Shown here: positions 53,247 to 62,220 of the stretch, piece after piece
Layout: each line of letters opens with the position of its first letter
Position numbering within the stretch: position 1 is the first letter of the stretch
From: a virus
IMG/VR virus record: IMGVR_UViG_3300029121_000001
Strand: one strand, 5' to 3'
DNA: 64,000 nucleotides
Notes under the pieces: generated by a model
The model's database searches: none
The model's input: only the letters and a program-made list of their open reading frames with translations
Told to the model about the DNA's origin: nothing
Program-made: the position numbers and the translations under genes

Positions 53247-54384
53247 CTATAGCACCAAACAGAGCATCATTATCGGTGTCCTGTTCTCGTCTATCTCCAC
53301 CAAAGTTCTTATAAAGTAGCGTATAGTAGATACGAATAATTCTCATAGAATCTTGATCCTTCGGGAAATTGATATAATCATCAATAAGCTTATTAAGTTT
53401 ATTAAGCTCAGCGACAAGTTCTTTCTTAATCTTAGGATCAAGTCCTTCTTTAGCAATTTCTCGTTTTAGATAATCTACAGAAGTCTTAATACGAGCAAGA
53501 TCTCCAGGATGTTCATCTTGAACATTAAGTACATAATTTAGAAAATCATTAAAATATAAGAGATATGCTTCAGTATATTCAATGAAAGGAGGATATTGCT
53601 GTACTCCATAATATTCTCCATAGAGTTTATTAGTCATCTTCATAAGGCATCTATGAAGTTCTTCTGCATATCCGAACATCGCAGCAAATGTATCAGCAAA
53701 CTTTTCATTCGTATAATCATATCTAGATCTACGCATATTATCCTTCATAGATTCACTAAAGAATTGAGGCATTAGATCATGAAGGTTTTTACGAATACTA
53801 ATAATAGCAGAACTAAACTTACTTAGCTCTTGAGATACACTATAAGTACTAACCTTTTCTTTAGACTTAATTTTACTCATAATCATTTCATTGATTTTAG
53901 CTACAAGCAGATTAAGTCTACGAGCAGATGTATACTTACTATCTTTATTAGTAACAGCATCAAAGAAGCTATGACCAATTTCATGAAGCATAACAGCAAT
54001 CAATTCTTCATCTGTATAAAGATCATCGTCAATTAAGCCACTATTAATAGCCATAATAAAGCTAACACCAGGAAATACTTTCTTATACTTAAATCCAGTA
54101 GCATCTGCAGTAATAGAATTAAAAATTCTTTTCTTTTCATCTTCAGTATAATAAGTATCTACAGGCCAAGCATACGCATTAGGAAGATGACTAGGTTGAA
54201 TATAAAGAGCAAATGATTTGAAACCAAAAGTAACTTCTGCAATTCTATTAAATTTTAGAATTTCAGTATCTAGATTTGTATTACTAGTAACAGGTTTCAT
54301 TTTAATTTTCTTTCTTAGTTTGGTAAATTGATCCTGAAGTGTTTTGATAGAATCTTTACCAAAATATACTTCATTAAATATCAT
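53218..54384 (-). CDS. putative zinc metalloprotease (HEXXH)
   Basis: AVMLHEIGHSFFDAV contains the H-E-x-x-H zincin motif. 388-aa ORF with a GGTGAGATAA ATG start. Confidence 0.55.
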   Translation of the reverse strand: MIFNEVYFGKDSIKTLQDQFTKLRKKIKMKPVTSNTNLDTEILKFNRIAEVTFGFKSFALYIQPSHLPNAYAWPVDTYYTEDEKKRIFNSITADATGFKYKKVFPGVSFIMAINSGLIDDDLYTDEELIAVMLHEIGHSFFDAVTNKDSKYTSARRLNLLVAKINEMIMSKIKSKEKVSTYSVSQELSKFSSAIISIRKNLHDLMPQFFSESMKDNMRRSRYDYTNEKFADTFAAMFGYAEELHRCLMKMTNKLYGEYYGVQQYPPFIEYTEAYLLYFNDFLNYVLNVQDEHPGDLARIKTSVDYLKREIAKEGLDPKIKKELVAELNKLNKLIDDYINFPKDQDSMRIIRIYYTLLYKNFGGDRREQDTDNDALFGAIDDRYEELNN

Positions 54385-54394
54385 TTATCTCACC

Positions 54395-55138
54395 TCAAAT
54401 TGAAATCATATCTATCATGATAGAGAAAGACATATCAAGGATAGTAGATATTACATAAGCAATAGAACTCATTTTATCGACAGTAGCTGGATCATCATTT
54501 AAATGTGCAATCTTTCTAAATTCTTCAGACATAAGAATAGATTGAACAGAAATTCTAATATTATCAAATGTAATACCAGTTATAGATTTAGCTATGCTTG
54601 AAGTATTACCAGTAATTAGGAAATTAATTCCTACAATAGAAGATTTATAGATAGTAAGCACTTCTCTATATTCTTTTTCAAACCCATATTTTACTGCAAC
54701 AGACATACCGAGATTACTATTAATAGGCTCAAGTACATATTTTACAATCATATTAAAAATTGCACCCAAACCTACTTTTCTACAAATATATCTAAGAGCT
54801 ATCATAATAAGATAAGTATTTATATTATAAATACCTCCTACTAAGAACATTGCTCTTACATAATTTATAGATTTGAATTTACCTCCAGAAGGCATGAATC
54901 CTTGCAAATTAGATTTCTTATAAAGCTCTTCCATATTATCAGAAATAATCTCGTAGAGCTTCTTTCTAACATTTTCTGTTAAAGCTTTAGATCTAACAGC
55001 TTGATCAGCCATAAAGGAAGTAAATTGTTCTATAGATTTATCATGATCTATTTCTATATGAAAGAAATCTACAAGAGCTTCATTGAAATATTGTTCAGAT
55101 AGAAGTTCTTGAGAATATTCAATAGAATATATAGCCAT
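54395..55138 (-). CDS. MAIYSI-leader family protein 1 (247 aa, hydrophobic C-terminal half)
   Basis: Starts MAIYSIEYSQELLSE. Shares ..VAVKYGFEKEY.. with the 55638-56501 product. Confidence 0.8.
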   Translation of the reverse strand: MAIYSIEYSQELLSEQYFNEALVDFFHIEIDHDKSIEQFTSFMADQAVRSKALTENVRKKLYEIISDNMEELYKKSNLQGFMPSGGKFKSINYVRAMFLVGGIYNINTYLIMIALRYICRKVGLGAIFNMIVKYVLEPINSNLGMSVAVKYGFEKEYREVLTIYKSSIVGINFLITGNTSSIAKSITGITFDNIRISVQSILMSEEFRKIAHLNDDPATVDKMSSIAYVISTILDMSFSIMIDMISI

Positions 55139-55142
55139 TATA

Positions 55143-55628
55143 TCACCCCCAATTATTACTCATTCTTAATTGAAGATTTTTATTTTTATCATAATCAACA
55201 AGAGTCATGGTATTAATATATATCTTAGGCTGACTCTTTAATATAAATTTTACTCCAATTTGTCCACATGGATGAATATTTTCTGTTTTATATTCTTTAT
55301 AACATGCACGTTGGTATTCCAAATCATCTTTAACATCTTTTGGGGACTTATAATGATTATTAAATGCACCATTTATATTTTGAATTTGAATTGTATTCAT
55401 GTTTACTTTAGAAAATTTTTTGAAATATGCATTAGCTGTAAAATCAACTATCTTATTCCAATCTCTTTCTACTAAATGAATAGCCATCCATATTTTATCA
55501 TCATCAACATCACAAAATCTTGTATCTCTACTACTCAATAACATTTTTCCTTTAAGTTTAAAAGGATTGATCAAATGATAATTTTCATTTAATAATGAGC
55601 AACAATAGTCTATAGAATATATAGCCAT
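55143..55628 (-). CDS. MAIYSI-leader family protein 2 (161 aa)
   Basis: Starts MAIYSIDYCCSLLNE. Its first 17 nt are identical to those of the 54395-55138 gene. Confidence 0.8.
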   Translation of the reverse strand: MAIYSIDYCCSLLNENYHLINPFKLKGKMLLSSRDTRFCDVDDDKIWMAIHLVERDWNKIVDFTANAYFKKFSKVNMNTIQIQNINGAFNNHYKSPKDVKDDLEYQRACYKEYKTENIHPCGQIGVKFILKSQPKIYINTMTLVDYDKNKNLQLRMSNNWG

Positions 55629-55637
55629 ATATCCTCC

Positions 55638-56501
55638 TTATAGAACCATTGATGCTAGGCAAGCAGCAGAGTTCCAAGAAACATGAATCAATGTACCAAT
55701 AGTATATGCACATAGAGTTGCTTGGTCTTTTGCATCTTTGGTATCTTTAATCTTAAACTTCTTTCTGAATTCTTCAGTAGAGAATATTTTGTTAATATAT
55801 GTAGTAAAGTTATGCATACCAACTACTGCTCCTCTGACAAGAATGGAGTCAATAATAGGAATACCAATTGCAGTCATTTGAACAACATAAGAAGTGAATT
55901 CATAAGAATTGAATACAATCATATATTCCTTCTCAAATCCACCTTTAACAGCAATAGATTTAGATGCTTCTTCAATGATAGGAGCACCAATAATGGCATA
56001 AATAGTTCCACCAACAGCAGGCATTAAGATTGTAAGAACACTATTTACCAATACACTAATAGTAAGAACATAGATAAATAGTACTAGAGCATTTTGAGTA
56101 TTTCTCTTATCTTTACATTTCTTAAGCCCAGGATTTTGTGCAATAACAGCTGCATCGATATTATCTGCAAATTCTTGAAATAGATCAGATACAATATTAT
56201 GAATTTGCTTCTTGGTTTCAGGAGTAGCTCCATTTTTCTTAATGGTATTTGCTATTTCCTTAGAAGCTTTATTAATCATCTGAGAACTGTTCTTAATACC
56301 AAGCTTGCTAAAGTCAGATTTAGGAGCAGCTGCTTCTATAATATAATCTTCTAGCAATGATCTATTAGAATTTAGATTATTACAAATTCTCTGTATATCT
56401 TTTGCAGAAAGATAAAAATCATTTTCATTAAAAGAACTAAGCTCATTACTAAAAGCTTCATTGACAATATTAAAACAGTTTCCAGAAGAAAATATTGCCA
56501 T
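55638..56501 (-). CDS. MAIYSI-leader family protein 3 (287 aa, hydrophobic C-terminal half)
   Basis: Start set at the ATG at 56501, after GGAGGTG. Starts MAIFSSGNCFNIVNE. Contains ..IAVKGGFEKEY.. Confidence 0.75.
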   Translation of the reverse strand: MAIFSSGNCFNIVNEAFSNELSSFNENDFYLSAKDIQRICNNLNSNRSLLEDYIIEAAAPKSDFSKLGIKNSSQMINKASKEIANTIKKNGATPETKKQIHNIVSDLFQEFADNIDAAVIAQNPGLKKCKDKRNTQNALVLFIYVLTISVLVNSVLTILMPAVGGTIYAIIGAPIIEEASKSIAVKGGFEKEYMIVFNSYEFTSYVVQMTAIGIPIIDSILVRGAVVGMHNFTTYINKIFSTEEFRKKFKIKDTKDAKDQATLCAYTIGTLIHVSWNSAACLASMVL

Positions 56502-56602
56502 TTGCCATACACCTCCATTAAAGTTTATTAGATTAATAAGATGTAAAATAAAAAGATCCATAGGATCTACTCCTATGGATCTCATTTTACTGAAAATTGG
56601 AG

Positions 56603-57334
56603 TTAAATCTCGTCTTCTTCAATAACCATCTGAACACCAGCACTCTCCAGAGTAGCACGGATATCCGGATCAGTGTTACCATGGATCAGGACCTTCAGAT
56701 TAGCAGCAGAGATATCATCAGCCTCATGGCAAGCAATGATACCATTCAGAGTCTCAATAACAGACTCACAATTCAGTTCTGCACACTTCTGGACATCCTC
56801 AACATCAGTGAAGAACTCATCGTCAGAACGCTTTGCAACAACAACGTTGTTGTAGTCACGCTTGACAGCATCCACAGGGTTTACAGTCTGAGGATCCTCA
56901 GCTACAGAGACCTCATTGTCATTCGGGCCAACCTGAACGTCAACGGTGACATCATCGACATCGCCCTCATGGACATAGCGAGTGCACTGAACACCATAAC
57001 TCTCCAGGCCATTGACATACTTCATGGTGCTCTCATCAATAACAACATGAATGTTATCAGCAGCAACACCCTCATTGCAAGCAATGACATTATTCAGAGT
57101 TTCCATCATATTGCAACCTTCCAGCTTGGAGAAGTTAACAATATCCTTGCAATCAACGAAGTAACCTTCATTGGTCTTAGCAACAGGAATAGTGTTAGGA
57201 TCAGACTTAGCACCAGAGACAGGGTTCTCAATTGCATCGTCACCAAAAGATGCAGTAACCTCATGATCGGGACCGACTTGAACATCGATATCGTCTAGAC
57301 CCATATCATCATTTTCGTCAAAGTAATCTAGCAT
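56603..57334 (-). CDS. highly acidic protein with an internal tandem duplication of about 110 aa (243 aa)
   Basis: AAGGAAGG RBS. Repeat units: ..FFVDCKDIVNFSKLEGCNMMETLNNVIACNEG..NIHVVIDES and ..FFTDVEDVQKCAELNCESVIETLNGIIACHEA..NLKVLIHGN. G/C-rich codons. Confidence 0.85.
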   Translation of the reverse strand: MLDYFDENDDMGLDDIDVQVGPDHEVTASFGDDAIENPVSGAKSDPNTIPVAKTNEGYFVDCKDIVNFSKLEGCNMMETLNNVIACNEGVAADNIHVVIDESTMKYVNGLESYGVQCTRYVHEGDVDDVTVDVQVGPNDNEVSVAEDPQTVNPVDAVKRDYNNVVVAKRSDDEFFTDVEDVQKCAELNCESVIETLNGIIACHEADDISAANLKVLIHGNTDPDIRATLESAGVQMVIEEDEI

Positions 57335-57382
57335 AAAAATATACCTTCCTTTGCAAAGAATTTAATATCCGGATATTTATAA

Positions 57383-57871
57383 TCAACCAAATAGATCGAA
57401 ACTAACATTAGATCTGTTAATTTCCATCTTGGTAGATTCACTCATATTATCATAATCAGAACGACGAATTGCTACTCTCATATTAGAAGGTTCAAGATCA
57501 TCATGAGCCATCATAATATTATTCATAGCAGCTTCATACTTAGTTTCCTTACATGCATCCATATAGCACTTCAAATCATTATGATCGACATAATAATTAT
57601 CACCATACTTTGCAATCATAACATTACGAGGATCCATACGAAGCTTGTCAATAGCCTCAATAGGTGTATTAGCTTCAATCGGAGGATCGTCGTCAGGAAT
57701 AGATATAGGAGTATCGCTTGAAACTCCATCTCCAGTAGGATCTTCATCATCATGAAGAACTACCTTAACATCTGCATCCATGTTATCATTCTGGGTTCTT
57801 AGATCAACAGGATTTTGAAAATATACATGACAATCTCTAGGGATTTCACACTCTTCTAGAGTATAAGACAT
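57383..57871 (-). CDS. acidic protein with one copy of the same repeat domain (162 aa)
   Basis: ..YYVDHNDLKCYMDACKETKYEAAMNNIMMAHDD..NMRVAIRRS aligns to the repeat unit of the 56603-57334 product. Confidence 0.8.
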   Translation of the reverse strand: MSYTLEECEIPRDCHVYFQNPVDLRTQNDNMDADVKVVLHDDEDPTGDGVSSDTPISIPDDDPPIEANTPIEAIDKLRMDPRNVMIAKYGDNYYVDHNDLKCYMDACKETKYEAAMNNIMMAHDDLEPSNMRVAIRRSDYDNMSESTKMEINRSNVSFDLFG

Positions 57872-57872
57872 T

Positions 57873-58700
57873 TTATTCTTCCTCCTTTATCTTAGAATCA
57901 TCAAGAAAATAAATTGCTTGAATCATCTGATTATCTTGATTCTGTGGTATCTGTTTTACTTCTTCCACAGTGGGAAGAGTATACATATTATCTCTAATCA
58001 TATCTATTCTGTTAGACATTGATTTACTAAATTGATCAAGTTGAGGAACTTGATATGCACCTTCCGGATCTAAGTAAATATTAGACTGAGATAGTAACAT
58101 ATTTTGTTCATCTGGATTAAATGACTTTTCATGAGCTTCTATTTCTTCAATAGTTTCTTTATCAGAAGGATCCATATATTGCCCATATTCTTTGATAAAT
58201 AGATCATATCTACCAAATACTTTAGATGGTGGAATAAATAAATATCCATTATGAACAAGCTCATGTTCTGTAGAAGAAAGAGGATATAATCCTACGATAC
58301 ATCTATAATGACAAGCCATTACTTCTTTAGCAACCATTTCGATAGAAAGATCTTCATGATTAGCAAGTCTTTTTTCATATACTATTCGTACAATATCTTC
58401 TAGTACAAATGGAGTATGATGAATTTCAATTTTCACATGTTTACTATCATTATTAGTAATATCAGGATTAAGTCCAGATCGATCCATTCCACAATATTCT
58501 TTAAGATATCTAACCATTGCTCTATATTCAAAAGAGCCACGTACTTCAGCCTTTATATCTTTGACGTATCTACCAAAGTCTTTAGGATTAGAAAGATCAT
58601 AATCTTCTTGATCATAATCAGGTAATTGGCCAATGTGAAATGTTTTACCAGAACTATCTCTGATATCATCAATTTTGATAAGATTAACAGGATTAATCAT
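57873..58700 (-). CDS. hypothetical protein (275 aa)
   Basis: GAGAGGGGATTTATC ATG start. His-rich blocks (KIEIHHTPF, STEHELVHNG) that I cannot assign to a family. Confidence 0.8.
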   Translation of the reverse strand: MINPVNLIKIDDIRDSSGKTFHIGQLPDYDQEDYDLSNPKDFGRYVKDIKAEVRGSFEYRAMVRYLKEYCGMDRSGLNPDITNNDSKHVKIEIHHTPFVLEDIVRIVYEKRLANHEDLSIEMVAKEVMACHYRCIVGLYPLSSTEHELVHNGYLFIPPSKVFGRYDLFIKEYGQYMDPSDKETIEEIEAHEKSFNPDEQNMLLSQSNIYLDPEGAYQVPQLDQFSKSMSNRIDMIRDNMYTLPTVEEVKQIPQNQDNQMIQAIYFLDDSKIKEEE

Positions 58701-58836
58701 ATGATAAATCCCCTCTCGATCATTATAATTTAGTTGATTTTGAATATAATTAATTCATGCTTTTAATTAGATATTATAAAAGTGAAGATCAATTGTATCT
58801 TCATAAAATCTTTATAAAAAGAAAGGATGTAGTATT

Positions 58837-59772
58837 ATGGAATTTACTACAACGACTGTCAAAAAGGATTTTATTTTCAAGATCATCAATGATGAGATTT
58901 GCGTTCCTTCTAAAGAGATGCGCAAGATTTTCAATGATGATTGGCCGCATGTCACATCGTATGAGATTTATAATCTCATTACATTGTCTATGCATCCCAT
59001 GGCAACTAAGATTAAGATGCTTACTAATCTGGCTAAATTTGTTAATGACGAATTTAGAACTAAGATTAAGGCATATATCACATGCCGTAAGTACGAATAT
59101 AATCTTATCAAAAATAAATCTTCTAAAGGTGTGAAGTTTGTGTATAATGTCTATTCAATGAATTATCATAAGCCTCATAGTGACCAATGCTTTGAAGAGA
59201 TGAGCAATTGTCAAGGCCAGTGCAATAGTTTTATTGGCACTGCTAACAGTGTTGATTCTGCCCGTGCTATGATCATCCTTGATCACGAATCTTATCGAGA
59301 AGATGAAGAAAGAGGATATAATCCTTACTATAACCTGTATTATATGGTCTCTAAGACATTATTGTTCGATGAAAAGTGCAAAGATATTGATTGCTCTTAT
59401 TCTTATGGAGATCTTTACTTCGATAAAAATGGTAATATGGTTGACATCTTCATTCATGATTACATGATTGATGCAGATTACAATAAATATCCTATTATCG
59501 AACTTGAAGACGATGTTGGTCCTATCCATGATGATGGAGTTTCTAAGATCAATGGCATTGATAAATTCGCAAAGGATAAAAAGGTGAAGATTCATAATAG
59601 CCTTTATACCAGAGGCCTTTGTGATGCTACTGAAAAGTATGGATATATCATTGGCTATCTTGATAAGACTATTTCCAATCCTTATTGTAGCCTTCGCGAT
59701 AGTAACAGTAAAGAAGCAAAGCATGATGCAATGCCTATTCAGTATATTGATATTGTAAGAAAGGATGATTAA
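58837..59772 (+). CDS. hypothetical protein (311 aa), paralogue of the next gene
   Basis: AAAGGATGTAGTATT ATG start. N-terminal block KKDFIFKIINDE..KIKMLTNLAKFVNDE resembles RKDFINSIIDNN..KVSLLNRLKKFTDDKE of the next gene. Confidence 0.8.
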   Translation: MEFTTTTVKKDFIFKIINDEICVPSKEMRKIFNDDWPHVTSYEIYNLITLSMHPMATKIKMLTNLAKFVNDEFRTKIKAYITCRKYEYNLIKNKSSKGVKFVYNVYSMNYHKPHSDQCFEEMSNCQGQCNSFIGTANSVDSARAMIILDHESYREDEERGYNPYYNLYYMVSKTLLFDEKCKDIDCSYSYGDLYFDKNGNMVDIFIHDYMIDADYNKYPIIELEDDVGPIHDDGVSKINGIDKFAKDKKVKIHNSLYTRGLCDATEKYGYIIGYLDKTISNPYCSLRDSNSKEAKHDAMPIQYIDIVRKDD

Positions 59773-59775
59773 ACA

Positions 59776-60792
59776 ATGAGTGTGAGTGTTAATAGGAAGG
59801 ATTTCATCAATTCTATTATTGATAATAATAAATTGATGAGCGCTACTATGCAGCAATGGTGCATTGGTGAAAAAGGAAAGAAGATTCTTAATAGTCTGGA
59901 AAAATTTTATACCACTACTATGAATGATAGAGTGTTGTTTTATATCATTCGCTATGGTGGTATTTCTGTTGAAGAAAAAGTATCGCTTCTTAATAGACTT
60001 AAGAAATTTACCGATGATAAAGAAGTACTGAACAATATTCAGCAGTATGAAAACAATAAGAAAGAAGTTGATAAAGCAATTTGTGAAGGTCAAGCTCCTG
60101 AATTTATCTTTAATATGTATTGGGGTAATAAGTTTGAGACTAATAAATACCTCAATCATCTTCATGATTGGTATGAAGGAACTTTTATTTCTTTCGATGA
60201 AGCAGTAAAGTTTATTAAAGCATGTTCAAATGATCTTTCTAAAGATGATCATGAAGCTGCTGATAACACAATCCATATCGTTACTAAAGATAAATTGTTA
60301 GATTCAACTGCTAGTTCAAACGATTTGCTTAGATATGGATTTATAACTCTTAATGGATTTGGAGAAGTTTTATCTGTTAATGCAAGTCGTGAATGGGTAA
60401 ATCATAATCATCCATTTGATGAGTTAGGAAAGAGCGTTATTTTTCATCATCCATTTAAACCTACTATGGTTGTTAAGCCGCTTTATTGTGAACTTAATGA
60501 ACCTATCATGAATAATTCTTATATCTGCTTCGTTCGCAGAATGAATTGTAATGATATTGATAGAGATAGATTTGGAATTTATATTACAGTATATGATCGC
60601 GATAATAAAGGATTCTATGATCTTCCTGGTAGAATGAATCCTTTTATGTTTGATATCATGAGCGATTGCACATATGTAGATGATGCTAATCTATATGATT
60701 TCATCAAAAAGTATCAGGATAATAATAAATTTCAAGATCGCGAATATACTCTTACGGATCTTCTTAATGCTGCAATTGATTTGAAAGGATGA
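59776..60792 (+). CDS. hypothetical protein (338 aa), paralogue of the previous gene
   Basis: Starts 4 nt after the previous stop. Shared N-terminal block. Confidence 0.8.
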   Translation: MSVSVNRKDFINSIIDNNKLMSATMQQWCIGEKGKKILNSLEKFYTTTMNDRVLFYIIRYGGISVEEKVSLLNRLKKFTDDKEVLNNIQQYENNKKEVDKAICEGQAPEFIFNMYWGNKFETNKYLNHLHDWYEGTFISFDEAVKFIKACSNDLSKDDHEAADNTIHIVTKDKLLDSTASSNDLLRYGFITLNGFGEVLSVNASREWVNHNHPFDELGKSVIFHHPFKPTMVVKPLYCELNEPIMNNSYICFVRRMNCNDIDRDRFGIYITVYDRDNKGFYDLPGRMNPFMFDIMSDCTYVDDANLYDFIKKYQDNNKFQDREYTLTDLLNAAIDLKG

Positions 60793-60796
60793 TTAA

Positions 60797-61093
60797 ATGC
60801 CATCTACAGAAGAATTGCTTCAGTTGTTTGAAGCTGCGAAGCTTTGGGTTGGAACATGTGGGTTAGTAGGAAAGAAATATTCTATTGGTGTTAATATGTT
60901 TTATTATCCCAATGGAGCAAAACAGGCAGTATTTCTTGTTCCTACAAACTATAGATCTTTGCTTATTGCAAAGAATAGTTTAAATACACTACAGTCATGT
61001 ATCTATTTTAATACAGGGTATTACTATCCATTTGTAATAATCCCTGTTGATCCTGCAGAATATAGATTAGTATCTATAGAAGTTACCAAATAA
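60797..61093 (+). CDS. hypothetical protein (98 aa)
   Basis: AAAGGATGATTAA ATG start. Tight operon spacing. Confidence 0.7.
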   Translation: MPSTEELLQLFEAAKLWVGTCGLVGKKYSIGVNMFYYPNGAKQAVFLVPTNYRSLLIAKNSLNTLQSCIYFNTGYYYPFVIIPVDPAEYRLVSIEVTK

Positions 61094-61099
61094 GAAAGG

Positions 61100-61396
61100 A
61101 TGAATAAAATGAAAAACAAGTCTACTAATCACAAGAAGAAACTCCTTACCATCATCAAGAGTGAATGTGATGAGGGTAAGAAAGCACCTCTGACCTATCG
61201 TGATGGATACTATATCGATTATGTACCTAAGGCAAAATCTCGTCTTCGTAATGAAGTTGAGAGCTTTACCGTTGTTTTCTCTAATAAGCAGAATCGTAGC
61301 CCTATTGAAATCGTATGCAACGCTCTTTGGATTGGTAGAGGAAAGAATGCTCTCCATAGAGTAGAAGATATTGAAAACAAATGGAGTTGCAAGTAA
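61100..61396 (+). CDS. hypothetical basic protein (98 aa)
   Basis: Operon position. AAGAAAGG precedes the ATG. Confidence 0.65.
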   Translation: MNKMKNKSTNHKKKLLTIIKSECDEGKKAPLTYRDGYYIDYVPKAKSRLRNEVESFTVVFSNKQNRSPIEIVCNALWIGRGKNALHRVEDIENKWSCK

Positions 61397-61408
61397 GGAG
61401 GATTTATT

Positions 61409-61657
61409 ATGAGCATTGCTAATTTGATTCTTTGTGCAATCGGTATCTTCCTTGGAGGATTGTTGGTCGTCCTTTTTGGCGCACATTTCCTTGCAAACTG
61501 GATTAAACCTTTGAGATACTTCGAATGCAACATTATTGGTTGGCATTGCTGGAGATCTCAGAGACAGTATACCTATAATGATGGATGCTCTAATCACTGC
61601 ATCTGCCCTTGGTGTGGTAAGGATTGCATGGAAGACAGTCAGGGTAATATCTTTTGA
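61409..61657 (+). CDS. small membrane protein with Cys-rich C-terminus (82 aa)
   Basis: TAAGGAGGATTTATT ATG start. N-terminal TM helix LILCAIGIFLGGLLVVLFGAHFL, then CNIIGWHC..CSNHCICPWCGKDC. Confidence 0.75.
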   Translation: MSIANLILCAIGIFLGGLLVVLFGAHFLANWIKPLRYFECNIIGWHCWRSQRQYTYNDGCSNHCICPWCGKDCMEDSQGNIF

Positions 61658-61669
61658 GGTGTTGAATTT

Positions 61670-61885
61670 ATGTATGAGTCTCCGATGAGCATTTATATCA
61701 AGAAATATTATCTTGATACATTTGGATTTGCATTGTATCTTTTATATGCTGATAGGCTGATGAAAGAATTAGTTGATATGGGGTATCCCGAATGTTTACT
61801 GATCCCTATCAAAAAGCGTACGCAAAAAGATTATGAATATATCAAGTTTGTCTCTCAATTAGGTAAAAAGGAAGGAATGTCTTAA
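61670..61885 (+). CDS. hypothetical protein (71 aa)
   Basis: GAGGTGTTGAATTT ATG start. Confidence 0.65.
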   Translation: MYESPMSIYIKKYYLDTFGFALYLLYADRLMKELVDMGYPECLLIPIKKRTQKDYEYIKFVSQLGKKEGMS

Positions 61886-61887
61886 TT

Positions 61888-62175
61888 ATGATTACTGGTT
61901 CATTCTTGCTGTTCCCTACTAAGGGTAAGTCCGAAGAAGAAATTCAGAAGCGGATTGAGGAGCTTTCTAAGCTTGCTAAATACAAAGACAACATCTTCTA
62001 TACAGTTTTCAGTGATGCTTCTACTGAAGACGATTATAACAACATGATGGTTCTTTATGCAATGAATTGCAAAGATGTTGTTGTCGGCAAGGAATATAAG
62101 GATGATATGATGTGCAGAATCGCGTTTGATATCGTCCTCAATCGTGAGGACGAGCATCAGTTCGTATTCGAATAA
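61888..62175 (+). CDS. hypothetical protein (95 aa)
   Basis: AAAGGAAGGAATGTCTTAATT ATG start. Last gene before the terminator. Confidence 0.7.
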   Translation: MITGSFLLFPTKGKSEEEIQKRIEELSKLAKYKDNIFYTVFSDASTEDDYNNMMVLYAMNCKDVVVGKEYKDDMMCRIAFDIVLNREDEHQFVFE

Positions 62176-62177
62176 TT

Positions 62178-62220
62178 AAAAGTCCCGGTAGGAGAAAATC
62201 CTACCGGGATTTATTTTTTT
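62178..62220. terminator. bidirectional rho-independent terminator between convergent genes
   Basis: 11-bp stem TCCCGGTAGGA / TCCTACCGGGA, loop GAAAA, then TTTATTTTTTT. Confidence 0.85.

Noticed and set aside
56597-57298. 233-aa ORF on the plus strand, antisense to the acidic repeat protein gene.
   Set aside because: The minus-strand ORF has an AAGGAAGG RBS and ATG, an internal duplication and a paralogue next door. The plus-strand ORF has no RBS or ATG context, and it exists because the G/C-richer gene has few antisense stops.
59359-61597. Long minus-strand ORFs 59359-60165 (268 aa) and 61067-61597 (176 aa), antisense to the plus-strand operon.
   Set aside because: They span several plus-strand genes that have good RBSs and tight operon spacing. 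Their products are Ile/Phe/Asn-rich shadow-frame sequences without RBSs.
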